Source of the DNA: an uncultured virus (IMG/VR IMGVR_UViG_3300046167_000912)
Taxonomy: Duplodnaviria; Heunggongvirae; Uroviricota; Caudoviricetes
DNA length: 54,508 nt
IMG/VR virus record: IMGVR_UViG_3300046167_000912
Strand: one strand, 5' to 3'
Each line of letters begins with the position of its first letter. Position 1 is the stretch's first letter. A program made the position numbers and the translations under genes. Shown piece after piece: positions 39,947 through 48,150 of the stretch. The notes beneath the pieces were generated by a model. The model was not told the origin of the DNA. It made no database searches and was given only the letters and a program-made list of their open reading frames with translations.

Positions 39947-40123
39947 TCAATAGTTAGCTAAAAAAACAAGTATCCAGCCTGTGACAACATAGAAGCTACG
40001 CTCCTTCAAAATCTTGACCCTCTCCTCAAAGGTCTTGGCCTCACTCACTTCCTGCCTCTTCTTGAGAGCGACGAGGAAAACAACCAACGCTAGGAAATTA
40101 GTCAGAACACGATAGGTGGCCAT
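39947..40123 (-). CDS. 58 aa two-TM membrane protein (below the ORF-track cut-off)
   Basis: Hand translation MATYRVLTNFLALVVFLVALKKRQEVSEAKTFEERVKILKERSFYVVTGWILVFLANY*; fills an otherwise empty gap. Confidence 0.5.
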   Translation of the reverse strand: MATYRVLTNFLALVVFLVALKKRQEVSEAKTFEERVKILKERSFYVVTGWILVFLANY

Positions 40124-40129
40124 ATTTTG

Positions 40130-40141
40130 TACTTTCTTTAT
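40130..40141 (+). promoter_or_regulatory. Putative late promoter motif (TACTTTCTTTAT)
   Basis: Shared motif, 29 nt upstream of ATG 40171. Confidence 0.55.
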
Positions 40142-40170
40142 ATAGGCTAGTTGGGAAAAGGATTGATCTC

Positions 40171-41532
40171 ATGACTAAAAAAAAGCTGACACCAACATCG
40201 GTAACTAACCTTGAAACCGACTCGGCTTTCAAGAAGTGGATAGGGACATCCCCTATAGAAATTAACGGGGTGAATAACCGCATTGGATATTGGACTCTAA
40301 AGTCATGGCTAAGTATACCAGAAAACAGGAGATCTGAAGGTTCTGACAACGAAATTAGATATCGGTATGCACGGGAAAAGTTTAATTCTTTCGAGAGAGC
40401 CCTTAGAGCGGAGAAAAGACAGAAGACCCCAAAGCAGAAGAAGAAGAAGAGGCGACGGAAGGAAGATAAAGTCAAACAGTTGCTAGCGAGAAAGAATTGG
40501 GGTCTACCGCGTGAAGTTTTTGAAAAGGTCGGGGTGGTTATAGAAAAAGTGGATGTGTCAGAAGAAGATGTTAGTGTCCTTGCAACTGAAATCAAGCAAG
40601 CATTCAAGTCTCCCACACATAAATTTTTCCCAGGGGAGAGTGTCGCGAATTCACTAGGGCTAGGCTCAGCCAAAGCGGTAGTGAAACTCGTGTCTACTTT
40701 TTACTCTCTCTCAAAAGAGAAAGGGGAATTCATGAGCCCCGAAGAGAAGATAGAAAAGATAAAGCTCAGAGAAAGTAACCCTGAAGTCAGGACAAGTAAA
40801 AAATATGTTTTTGCCCAAAACCTAGCAGGTTTTATCTTAGTACCCGCCATCTCTAAAATCTTTATGGGTCTAGGCTGGTTAGGGTTATCGAGAATTTTCT
40901 ATAACTTCTTCGAGAAGAGCGTCCATTTCACCAAGATGAAAGGGTTCGCGGGGCTTTCAGCTTCTTCTATAGCTGGTATGGGGGCATTCTTTACGGCAAT
41001 TGCATTGACGTATGTGATATACAGAGTCCTTTTTCAGAAGTATATCATACCTAAGAAGGCAAAAAAGTTGAAGGATGAGAAAGACCCTAATTATGACACC
41101 ACAGCCGCACAGATCGTCATGGGCTATCAGACCCCTAAGAAACTAGCAAAACAATATCAGAGTAGGGTGAATCTAATTCTCCAACAAGACATTGACTCTA
41201 ATAAAAAGAAAAGACTAATACTAGAGCTGTGGTCTGAGTTCCAAAACGATATCGCACCCTCAATAGACAAGGGTGAGTACCTCAGAGGCTATCAAGAGGG
41301 AGCTTCCTATAAAGACTTCCTGAAAAGAGGGTCTGTAGAGGACAATGAAGGCTTCAATTTCTTCTTGGGCTTTAAAAGCTTAACTCAGCGAATAGAGCTA
41401 GAAGAAGACATCCCTAGTATATTAGAAGAGAATAAGAGCGAAATCATTAAAGAAATGGAGGCGATAATCAGAGGAGATAAAAAATTGCCCGCGAAGTTCC
41501 TCAATAGCGTTAGGGCTTCACTCCAGACCTAA
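40171..41532 (+). CDS. Basic hypothetical protein with two hydrophobic segments
   Basis: 453 aa; KQKKKKRRRK tract; hydrophobic stretches near aa 215-245 and 262-288; AAGGA RBS. Confidence 0.7.
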   Translation: MTKKKLTPTSVTNLETDSAFKKWIGTSPIEINGVNNRIGYWTLKSWLSIPENRRSEGSDNEIRYRYAREKFNSFERALRAEKRQKTPKQKKKKRRRKEDKVKQLLARKNWGLPREVFEKVGVVIEKVDVSEEDVSVLATEIKQAFKSPTHKFFPGESVANSLGLGSAKAVVKLVSTFYSLSKEKGEFMSPEEKIEKIKLRESNPEVRTSKKYVFAQNLAGFILVPAISKIFMGLGWLGLSRIFYNFFEKSVHFTKMKGFAGLSASSIAGMGAFFTAIALTYVIYRVLFQKYIIPKKAKKLKDEKDPNYDTTAAQIVMGYQTPKKLAKQYQSRVNLILQQDIDSNKKKRLILELWSEFQNDIAPSIDKGEYLRGYQEGASYKDFLKRGSVEDNEGFNFFLGFKSLTQRIELEEDIPSILEENKSEIIKEMEAIIRGDKKLPAKFLNSVRASLQT

Positions 41533-41841
41533 ACCGAAGTCTCTAACCGCAAGGGCTAGATCTCGGTCTAGGCTACTTGGCACGACAAAGGTGTTTCTGT
41601 AAAGGTCAAGATCGGGGCGATCATACGCGACCTCGATTTGCTCAAGGACTTCTAAGTCAATAGGACTGCAACAACCTTCATCTAAATCTCCGTCAGATCG
41701 CCCTTCTATCTTCTCTTCTGAGACAACGGAGTGATCAAACTCTTGAGACTCCCCCTCTTTCTCTTTACGCTTGAGTGGCTTAGAAACCTCTTCGCCACAA
41801 GAAATGGATAGGGTTAAAAGAATAAGAATAAGGTGTCTCAT
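41518..41841 (-). CDS. Putative lipoprotein
   Basis: MRHLILILLTLSISC signal peptide II-like; AAGGAG RBS. Confidence 0.65.
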   Translation of the reverse strand: MRHLILILLTLSISCGEEVSKPLKRKEKEGESQEFDHSVVSEEKIEGRSDGDLDEGCCSPIDLEVLEQIEVAYDRPDLDLYRNTFVVPSSLDRDLALAVRDFGLGLE

Positions 41842-41941
41842 GAGTTGCTCCTTTCAAGACAAATGAGTAGATAAGGACTAGGGCTTTGTAACCAAAACCT
41901 GTTATATGTCAACTACTACTTACCTTAAAACCTTACGCCCC

Positions 41942-42403
41942 TCAGATACCGTCTATGGGATGCCTAAACGCGTACTCTCGCCTCTTCTGATACTCAAGAA
42001 ATGCCCTAGTCACCTCTACCATGTCCCTGTATTCCCAAACCACATCTTGAGTGGGGTCTCCCTCAATATCCAGACCCTCCTCGTCAGGGTCGGGGAGGTC
42101 AGTTAAGACTTTTGCGAGGATATGAGTTTCCCCCTGTGCTAAGGCTTTAACTACCCTGTGACAACCATCCACAATCTTACCCTCATGCACTAAGATAGGG
42201 TAAGAGAGATCCGCTGATAGACATCTATCTATATGCTGAGAAAGATGAGTTCGACCCCAACTCCAAGAGTCAAGGAAACCCGCAGGGATCTCCCAACACG
42301 ACGTTTTGAGATGCTTAGAAAGACCCCACAGAGTCTCCACACTCCAAGAGAGACGCAAATCTCCTTTGACTGTACTGTACGTGTGGCTCATGCTAATAAC
42401 CAC
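41942..42403 (-). CDS. ParB/sulfiredoxin-like N-terminal domain protein
   Basis: ADLSYPILV...IVDGCHRVVKA motif; start may be ATG 42391. Confidence 0.7.
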   Translation of the reverse strand: MVISMSHTYSTVKGDLRLSWSVETLWGLSKHLKTSCWEIPAGFLDSWSWGRTHLSQHIDRCLSADLSYPILVHEGKIVDGCHRVVKALAQGETHILAKVLTDLPDPDEEGLDIEGDPTQDVVWEYRDMVEVTRAFLEYQKRREYAFRHPIDGI

Positions 42404-42575
42404 CCGTGTTAAACCAGCCTTTACCCTTCAAGATGAAGGCACTCTTGCTGATAAGCCTCTCTACCTCTTCGTGGTTGCACTTTGGGCAAGGTGGGTGAGG
42501 AGCACTCATTTTATGTAGGGCTTCAAACTCATGTTCACACTCTTTATTTTTACATCGGTAGTTATACGTCGGCAT
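42393..42575 (-). CDS. FmdB-family zinc-ribbon protein
   Basis: MPTYNYRC....C.HEFE......CPKC....VERLIS...FILKGKGWF. Confidence 0.88.
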   Translation of the reverse strand: MPTYNYRCKNKECEHEFEALHKMSAPHPPCPKCNHEEVERLISKSAFILKGKGWFNTGGY

Positions 42576-42795
42576 CGGGCTTACCTTTCTGTCGTTTCTC
42601 TTCTCGGGCAATCTTCTCTATCATACCTCTCAACTGCTCCAATTCTCTCTCTACCTTCTTCACTTTAAAAAAAAGGTCGTTATTGTCCCAAACAGAGCCC
42701 TTGTTCTTATAAGACTTGACGAAAGACCGTAAGTCCCTCAAGGACTGCGACAACCTATTTATGTCAGAAACATTGTTCAATAAGGAGCGGTTCAT
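42562..42795 (-). CDS. Small coiled-coil hypothetical protein
   Basis: ~77 aa, overlapping and co-oriented with the FmdB gene. Confidence 0.5.
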   Translation of the reverse strand: MNRSLLNNVSDINRLSQSLRDLRSFVKSYKNKGSVWDNNDLFFKVKKVERELEQLRGMIEKIAREEKRQKGKPDADV

Positions 42796-43176
42796 ATGCA
42801 AACACCTTCCACTTTAAAATATACAGCGAGCAAGCTCATAAAGATATTTATCAAATCAGCTTCTCAGACAGAATTGAGTATCTCCTCAATGCCTGTTCAC
42901 ATAGCTTACCAGAAAGATGGTCTAGCTGTACTCGATACTTTGGTAGACCCCGATTGGCTTAGTGCCATTAACAATTTGTATCCTAATAGAATGTTCTTGT
43001 GGTATTACCGCCAAGAGTGGGATCAGATAATCTGCCACATCTTTGAAAGCGAATACGATTACCCCATCACATTCTCCCTTGATGGGAAAGACCCTGTCAG
43101 CTCAGACCCCATAGAAATAGATTTCTTCGAGGTCAACCCTGATCTTGCCTCCTGTAAATTTGTGAGGGTTCACTAG
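42796..43176 (+). CDS. Hypothetical protein
   Basis: 126 aa, AAGGAG RBS before ATG. Confidence 0.55.
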   Translation: MQTPSTLKYTASKLIKIFIKSASQTELSISSMPVHIAYQKDGLAVLDTLVDPDWLSAINNLYPNRMFLWYYRQEWDQIICHIFESEYDYPITFSLDGKDPVSSDPIEIDFFEVNPDLASCKFVRVH

Positions 43177-43185
43177 TTTATATAT
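43174..43185 (+). promoter_or_regulatory. Putative late promoter motif (TAGTTTATATAT)
   Basis: Shared motif, 31 nt upstream of ATG 43217. Confidence 0.5.
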
Positions 43186-43216
43186 GGTGAGACTTCTAAA
43201 TAAAAGGAGTATTCGC

Positions 43217-44794
43217 ATGGCTAGAACAGACCAAGATAAAAAAGAGATCTTCCGAAAGTGGAATGAACTCATCAATATGAACCAGAAGTCCCTAGATAGC
43301 TGGGCTAAAGACGAAGACCGCCTTCTAGCCTCCATTAACAGGTCAGAGGCAAAACAAGAGGGGGGCATTCAATCAGGATATGACTCCTTCCATAGGATCA
43401 AGAGAAGAAAAGGGAAGAAGTTCGAGGATTGGACAAGCCAAGACTTTGACAATGCTAGTCAAGAGATCGGGTTCAATAGTCGAATGATCGGCGGTAAACC
43501 AGGTGACACCGTGGAGGAGTCTGGGATGTCTAAGTGGGAGATCTCCCTCAAGAATTGGGGACACGACCCTAGCCTCAAGTCTAGTCCAGCACACAGTAAG
43601 TGGAAGTCTTGGAAGCAGAAGCACGCGAGTGTAGAAGCAATCAATAAAGAGTTCCAGAAGAGTGCTCTGATTCGAGTCGCTCGGAAAATTGAGGTCAAGA
43701 GACAGGTAATCGCCTCAATGGAAGAGACCGAGAAGAAGTCTCTTATTAAGAGGTTTCTGGGGTGGCTTGTGCTTAAGCTTAAAAAGTTCGGACGAGAACT
43801 ACCAAAGCAACTCTTCATACCTGAGATCCAAGCGGTAATCAGAGACCTTATTAAAACATCTCAGGACAAGGTACAAGTGCCTATACCTAAGACAACCTCT
43901 GAAAAAGCTCTGTTCAAAGCGTCTAAGGTCTTAGGTATCAACAGACTCATAGCAAACATCAGGGATATCTATGTCGCAGATACAGCAGAGTCTTTTGACA
44001 ATTTATCAAAAGTGGCAGGTGGAAGTCTCTATGATGAGATCATAGAGAAGATGACTTCTGCCGAAAGTGACCTTCTCGAATCTAAAGCTGGCTTAAGTGA
44101 AGAACTCATCGCTATCAGAGAGGATATGAGTAAGAAGAGTCCTTGGTATAACAGCAAGCTCGACAATGCGATTGAATACCTCAAAACTAGAATAGGCTAT
44201 CTCTATAACAGAGCCGCTTATTATGGCACTGTAGGTAATATCTTGTACAGAAAAGCTGTCATCAAGTTGGCAAGGACTTATGAGTCTCTGATGTTCAAGC
44301 TCTCAGAGGTAAAAGACTCTAAGATATACGGAGTCAAGCTCCTGATGATCGCTGTCAAAGTTGGAGCCATCGCTGCCGTCTACGGCCTACTTTGGAAAAA
44401 GATGACCTTGTGGCAGGCTTCTAAATACTTTTTTGCATCAGGAAAGGCTTCCTTGGCCCTTATAATACTCAAGCAGATTATCCCTACCTTCCTAGCCACA
44501 GGCAGTTTTAAAGTAACGGCTTCAAGTGTTAGGAAAGCGGGTATCATGTTAGGCGTTATACCTCTGCATGTCTTCAATAAGTTCCTAGACTTAGCTGATT
44601 TCTTAGCCTATCTAGCTAAGACAGGATATGGTTGGGTCGTTGACAGATTGAAAGCTGGCTGGGATAAGCTCCCCAGCCTCCAAAGAACAGCCACTGAAGA
44701 AATCAGAGCCATCTTAAGAAGAGCTCACGAAGATCCTATATACAAGAGACAACTTCTACTTGAATACAAAATGGAACTCCGTAAGTGTCTGTAA
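43217..44794 (+). CDS. DUF3140-like domain fused to a helical/hydrophobic C-terminal region
   Basis: INMNQKSLDSW...SG..S..RI...KWEISLKNWGHDP matches the DUF3140 signature (VNM...L..W...SL.NWGHDP); AAGGAG RBS before ATG 43217. Confidence 0.7.
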   Translation: MARTDQDKKEIFRKWNELINMNQKSLDSWAKDEDRLLASINRSEAKQEGGIQSGYDSFHRIKRRKGKKFEDWTSQDFDNASQEIGFNSRMIGGKPGDTVEESGMSKWEISLKNWGHDPSLKSSPAHSKWKSWKQKHASVEAINKEFQKSALIRVARKIEVKRQVIASMEETEKKSLIKRFLGWLVLKLKKFGRELPKQLFIPEIQAVIRDLIKTSQDKVQVPIPKTTSEKALFKASKVLGINRLIANIRDIYVADTAESFDNLSKVAGGSLYDEIIEKMTSAESDLLESKAGLSEELIAIREDMSKKSPWYNSKLDNAIEYLKTRIGYLYNRAAYYGTVGNILYRKAVIKLARTYESLMFKLSEVKDSKIYGVKLLMIAVKVGAIAAVYGLLWKKMTLWQASKYFFASGKASLALIILKQIIPTFLATGSFKVTASSVRKAGIMLGVIPLHVFNKFLDLADFLAYLAKTGYGWVVDRLKAGWDKLPSLQRTATEEIRAILRRAHEDPIYKRQLLLEYKMELRKCL

Positions 44795-45117
44795 ACCCCT
44801 CCTACTTCTTACCCATACTAGGGCTCCTAGTCTCCTGTGTTATCTTCTGGTACAAAGGTAATGCAAAGACCCTCTACGGTCTTGAGTGGTCACCTTTCAG
44901 ATGGTGGTTGACGACTAGCCTGATCACTAGCTATATGACCCTCCACGCATGGTGGAAGCTCGTAGAGCTCGGTGACGTATGGAAAGCAGGAGTCATCTGG
45001 GGCATGTGTAGCATCACCATTGATCTCGCACTGAATACTTGGTATTACGGGTTCAATTGGAAGGGCATACTCGCTCTCTGTCTCGTCGCAATCGCCGCCG
45101 CAATTGTCCATAGTTGA
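44785..45117 (+). CDS. Small 4-TM membrane protein (SMR/DMT-like size and topology)
   Basis: 110 aa, four hydrophobic W-rich segments; GTG start overlapping the upstream stop. Confidence 0.65.
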   Translation: MSVNPSYFLPILGLLVSCVIFWYKGNAKTLYGLEWSPFRWWLTTSLITSYMTLHAWWKLVELGDVWKAGVIWGMCSITIDLALNTWYYGFNWKGILALCLVAIAAAIVHS

Positions 45118-45118
45118 A

Positions 45119-46321
45119 ATGAATACAGGCTTGAAACGTATGTCGATGAAGTTTAAAAACAAAAGCCTTGAGGATTCATTAACTCAAGCAAGTGTCAATC
45201 TTAACAACAAAACCCGCAGCAATTTGTTCAGTTGGCGAGGTCAATTCTCACCTCAACTCATCGAGTTGCTATTGACCTGCTACTCGTCCGAAAATGACGT
45301 AGTGTTCGACCCCTTCTTAGGAAGCGGAACCGTCCTCATGGAAGCCGCGATGCTGGGATTAGAAGCCTACGGATGTGAGATTAACCCTGCCGCCGTATCT
45401 TTTGCAAGCGTATACGAACTGATCAACCACCCCAAGGAAGAAGTTGCTCAGGCGATTGCCTATGTAGAGCACTTAGTATCTGATTATACTAACGACCCTT
45501 CTCTCTTGGATCATGGCGATCTGTCTGCCTTTCAAGTTGTATTGATTGAAGCTCTTGAGAAATCAGATAGCAAAGTACGAAGTACCATCCTAACAGCACT
45601 AATCACAGGAATGGACTTTAAAGCAAAAAAGTTAAACATAAAGAGAATTAACAATGTTTGGGGTACACTACGCTCCAATATTCAAAAGCTCCCCTTGTCT
45701 AATAAGAAACTAAAGTGCTACAACCGAGACTCTCGCTGCGTCCCATTAAAGGGTGGAACCATTGACTTTGTCGTAACATCCCCCCCTTATATAAATGTCT
45801 TTAATTACCATCAAAACTACAGAAAAGCAGTTGAGCTTATCGGTGCTGACATATTGAAAGTAGCCAAGTCTGAGATTGGAGCCAATAGAAAATTTCGTCA
45901 AAACAGGTTTTTAACAGTTGTTCAATACTGCATGGATATTTCCCAAGTTTTTATTGAGCTCAGGCGAGTCTGCAAACCTGATGCGAAGTTAATATTCATT
46001 GTTGGGCGTGAGTCTAATGTTAGAAAGACTGCTTTCAAGAACGCGGAGTTGATCTCAGAAGTAGCAACTATATGTGGCTTTGAATTAGTCGGTCAACAGC
46101 ACAGGGTTTTTCAAAACAAATTTGGAGATAAAATTTATGAAGAGATCCTCCGCTTCAGTATAAAAAAAATACATATCTCCGACTACATCAATGCAGCTAG
46201 AGAGGTTGGCAGAAAAGCCCTTCGCAAAGCTATACCTTTAGCAGACAAACAAGTTCGAGAGGATCTCCTTACAGCTTATGAAAAGTCATTGAGAATTAGC
46301 CCCTCACCTATACTCTATTAG
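45119..46321 (+). CDS. Orphan amino-DNA methyltransferase, alpha motif order, probably N4-cytosine
   Basis: VFDPFLGSGT (motif I) precedes VTSPPY (motif IV); no adjacent endonuclease; start uncertain (45119/45140/45146). Confidence 0.88.
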   Translation: MNTGLKRMSMKFKNKSLEDSLTQASVNLNNKTRSNLFSWRGQFSPQLIELLLTCYSSENDVVFDPFLGSGTVLMEAAMLGLEAYGCEINPAAVSFASVYELINHPKEEVAQAIAYVEHLVSDYTNDPSLLDHGDLSAFQVVLIEALEKSDSKVRSTILTALITGMDFKAKKLNIKRINNVWGTLRSNIQKLPLSNKKLKCYNRDSRCVPLKGGTIDFVVTSPPYINVFNYHQNYRKAVELIGADILKVAKSEIGANRKFRQNRFLTVVQYCMDISQVFIELRRVCKPDAKLIFIVGRESNVRKTAFKNAELISEVATICGFELVGQQHRVFQNKFGDKIYEEILRFSIKKIHISDYINAAREVGRKALRKAIPLADKQVREDLLTAYEKSLRISPSPILY

Positions 46322-46323
46322 TC

Positions 46324-46366
46324 TCCCTTTTGGTTTAGCTATGGACAATTGCTAAACCAAAAGGGA
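46324..46366. terminator. Perfect 16-bp inverted repeat; probable terminator between the MTase and the polymerase remnant
   Basis: TCCCTTTTGGTTTAGC-11 nt-GCTAAACCAAAAGGGA. Confidence 0.65.
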
Positions 46367-46577
46367 TTTGATAGACCGACCCTCATGCTGTACATTCCAT
46401 TCTTCTCTCAATACTTTCCTAGACTTGATCCATTGCACCAACTCCTCCACAGTGTTAGGGTCTAAAACCGATACTTGATAGACTTCGATGTGAGGCTGTT
46501 CTACAACTTCCTCTTTCGGTTTCTCTACCTCAATAGGCTTCTCCCCCCCCCAAAGATTTTGACCAACTCATCGTCGC
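46352..46577 (-). pseudogene. Diverged remnant of the 3' end of the DNA polymerase gene
   Basis: Colinear with 48151-48374; encodes DDELVKIFGG/EKPIEVEKPKEEVVEQPHIEVYQVSVLDPNTVEELVQWIKSRKVLREEWNVQHEGRSIKSLLV*; +2 frameshift in a C9 run. Confidence 0.93.
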
Positions 46578-46605
46578 AATCGCCGCCCTGATCGTTCATA
46601 GTTGA
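46571..46605 (+). repeat. Diverged copy of the last 35 nt of the 4-TM gene (45083-45117)
   Basis: tcgtcgcaatcgccgccctgatcgttcatagttga vs tcgtcgcaatcgccgccgcaattgtccatagttga (30/35 identical; VAIAALIVHS* vs VAIAAAIVHS*). Confidence 0.9.
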
Positions 46606-46610
46606 TATAT
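46599..46610 (+). promoter_or_regulatory. Putative late promoter motif (TAGTTGATATAT)
   Basis: Shared motif, 32 nt upstream of ATG 46643. Confidence 0.45.
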
Positions 46611-46642
46611 TGAAACCTTTCTCAAAACAGAGAGGTTTCAAT

Positions 46643-48055
46643 ATGAAAAAAGACATAAAAGAGAAGAAGCTACTCGCCTTTGAGAGAAAAGCCACCGCGT
46701 CTTTTAGGGCGGTCGCACGCAAGGTCTTTAAGCACAGACTTAAGGCGAAGGAGGAGTACCCTCGAAGAGATAGGGCTTCTTTGGATAAGAGATACAAATT
46801 CCTTGTTCGACTCCTAGACTCTGATCCTCAGGTTGCCCAATTTATGGATCAGTTCATCGGAGATAAAGAAGCAAATCCTAAGTCGAAAAAAAGGAGGCGA
46901 GAGACCGTGAAGATCTTCGCCTCTTACTTGCTTAACAGAGTCACCCTGAAAGATGCCTCAACTCTGTTTTACCCTATAGCTCAAGAGTCTTTCAGTGTAG
47001 TGGAGCTCAGCAAGAGACAAAACAAAGTCAAAAGCACATTCCCAGCCGAGATCCAAGCTTTCCTCCCTAAGTCTATTGTGATTGACACGGACAAAAACAA
47101 GTACATCACTAATATAAATGACCTGTTCGTGAATGAGAAGTACGACCTGTCAGAGAAGATAAAGGTTCAAAGAAAGCTGATTCTCAAATACAACACCATT
47201 GTTAAAAAAATAAAGAAAGACCTGAAGTCTCCAGATGAGATTACGAAGCTGGCCGCCCTTATCACCTCGATAATCATGGAGACAGGTATACGACCTGGCA
47301 AGATAGGCAACCATACAATACGTGTCATGGAAGATAAAGAAGTTGAAGTAGAAACCTTCGGTGCAGTGTCCCTCAACTCTGAACACGTCCGCTTCATAAG
47401 AGAAGACTTCGCGGTGCTCAACTTTGTGGGCAAGAAAGGCGGGACAAACATCGCTAACATTAGAGACAGGCACGTCCTATCTATCTTGCAAGGGTATATA
47501 GATAACGCCTTCACCAGAGGGTCTAAGTACATATTCACCACGTCGAGCGGTGAGCAGTTTGATTACAAACATCTATCAGCATACTTCAATAAGAACTTCA
47601 AAGGCTTCAAGGTCACGGATCTCAGAAAGCTCAAGGCAACCCGAGCGGTGTTCGACTCCTTGCAAGAAGAGAAAGACGCCCTCTACGCAAGAATAAGAGA
47701 GATCGCAGAACCCGAAGTTGAGAAACTCAAGCAACTTGTCATTCAAGAAGTTGTGGAGACGATTAACCTCGCCCATGAGAAAGCTCAGGCCGCCCTCAGC
47801 CATATGGACTCCTCTACTACACAAGACGCTTACATCAACCCTCAAGTCCTACTTAGGTTCTTGAGTACAGCGAAGGTAGAGAGTCCCTTCAGAGATTACG
47901 TCCTTAAAGGAAAGACAAAGCTAGAGTTCGACCCACTCATGTTCGTCAGAGAGGCCGAAAAGATGAGGCCTTCCAAAAAGGCTAGTGCTTGGATGAAACC
48001 TAAGCGTCTCAGGAAAAGGCACTTTCCTAGTCACCTTGTCGGCGTTCAACACTAA
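46643..48055 (+). CDS. DNA topoisomerase IB (poxvirus/bacterial type)
   Basis: GIRPGK (Arg), NFVGKKG (Lys), DLRKLKAT (Arg), LSH...AYINP (His, Tyr) match vaccinia TopIB R130/K167/R223/H265/Y274; AGAGGT RBS before ATG 46643. Confidence 0.82.
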   Translation: MKKDIKEKKLLAFERKATASFRAVARKVFKHRLKAKEEYPRRDRASLDKRYKFLVRLLDSDPQVAQFMDQFIGDKEANPKSKKRRRETVKIFASYLLNRVTLKDASTLFYPIAQESFSVVELSKRQNKVKSTFPAEIQAFLPKSIVIDTDKNKYITNINDLFVNEKYDLSEKIKVQRKLILKYNTIVKKIKKDLKSPDEITKLAALITSIIMETGIRPGKIGNHTIRVMEDKEVEVETFGAVSLNSEHVRFIREDFAVLNFVGKKGGTNIANIRDRHVLSILQGYIDNAFTRGSKYIFTTSSGEQFDYKHLSAYFNKNFKGFKVTDLRKLKATRAVFDSLQEEKDALYARIREIAEPEVEKLKQLVIQEVVETINLAHEKAQAALSHMDSSTTQDAYINPQVLLRFLSTAKVESPFRDYVLKGKTKLEFDPLMFVREAEKMRPSKKASAWMKPKRLRKRHFPSHLVGVQH

Positions 48056-48150
48056 TAAACCCAAGAAGAAGGCCGTGAGAGATCTGAAGGAAGGCAGACC
48101 CTTTTTGTGGGAACCGCGTTTCTAAGAGAGCCCTGATTCTTTAATGGTGA

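Noticed and set aside
39923..39947. Rho-independent terminator (G/C stretch + T8)
   Set aside because: Stem pairs poorly and the orientation does not match a flanking plus-strand gene
40098..40673. 191 aa antisense ORF (and the many similar 60-180 aa shadow ORFs)
   Set aside because: Lie antisense to or within longer genes that have better start and motif support
42750..42761. Additional late-motif copy CAACCTATTTAT before ATG 42796
   Set aside because: Mismatch at the invariant first T and lies inside another ORF; not counted
46525..46797. 90 aa minus-strand ORF ending DDELVKIFGGG
   Set aside because: Artefact of antisense TopIB sequence read through the junction into the pol remnant
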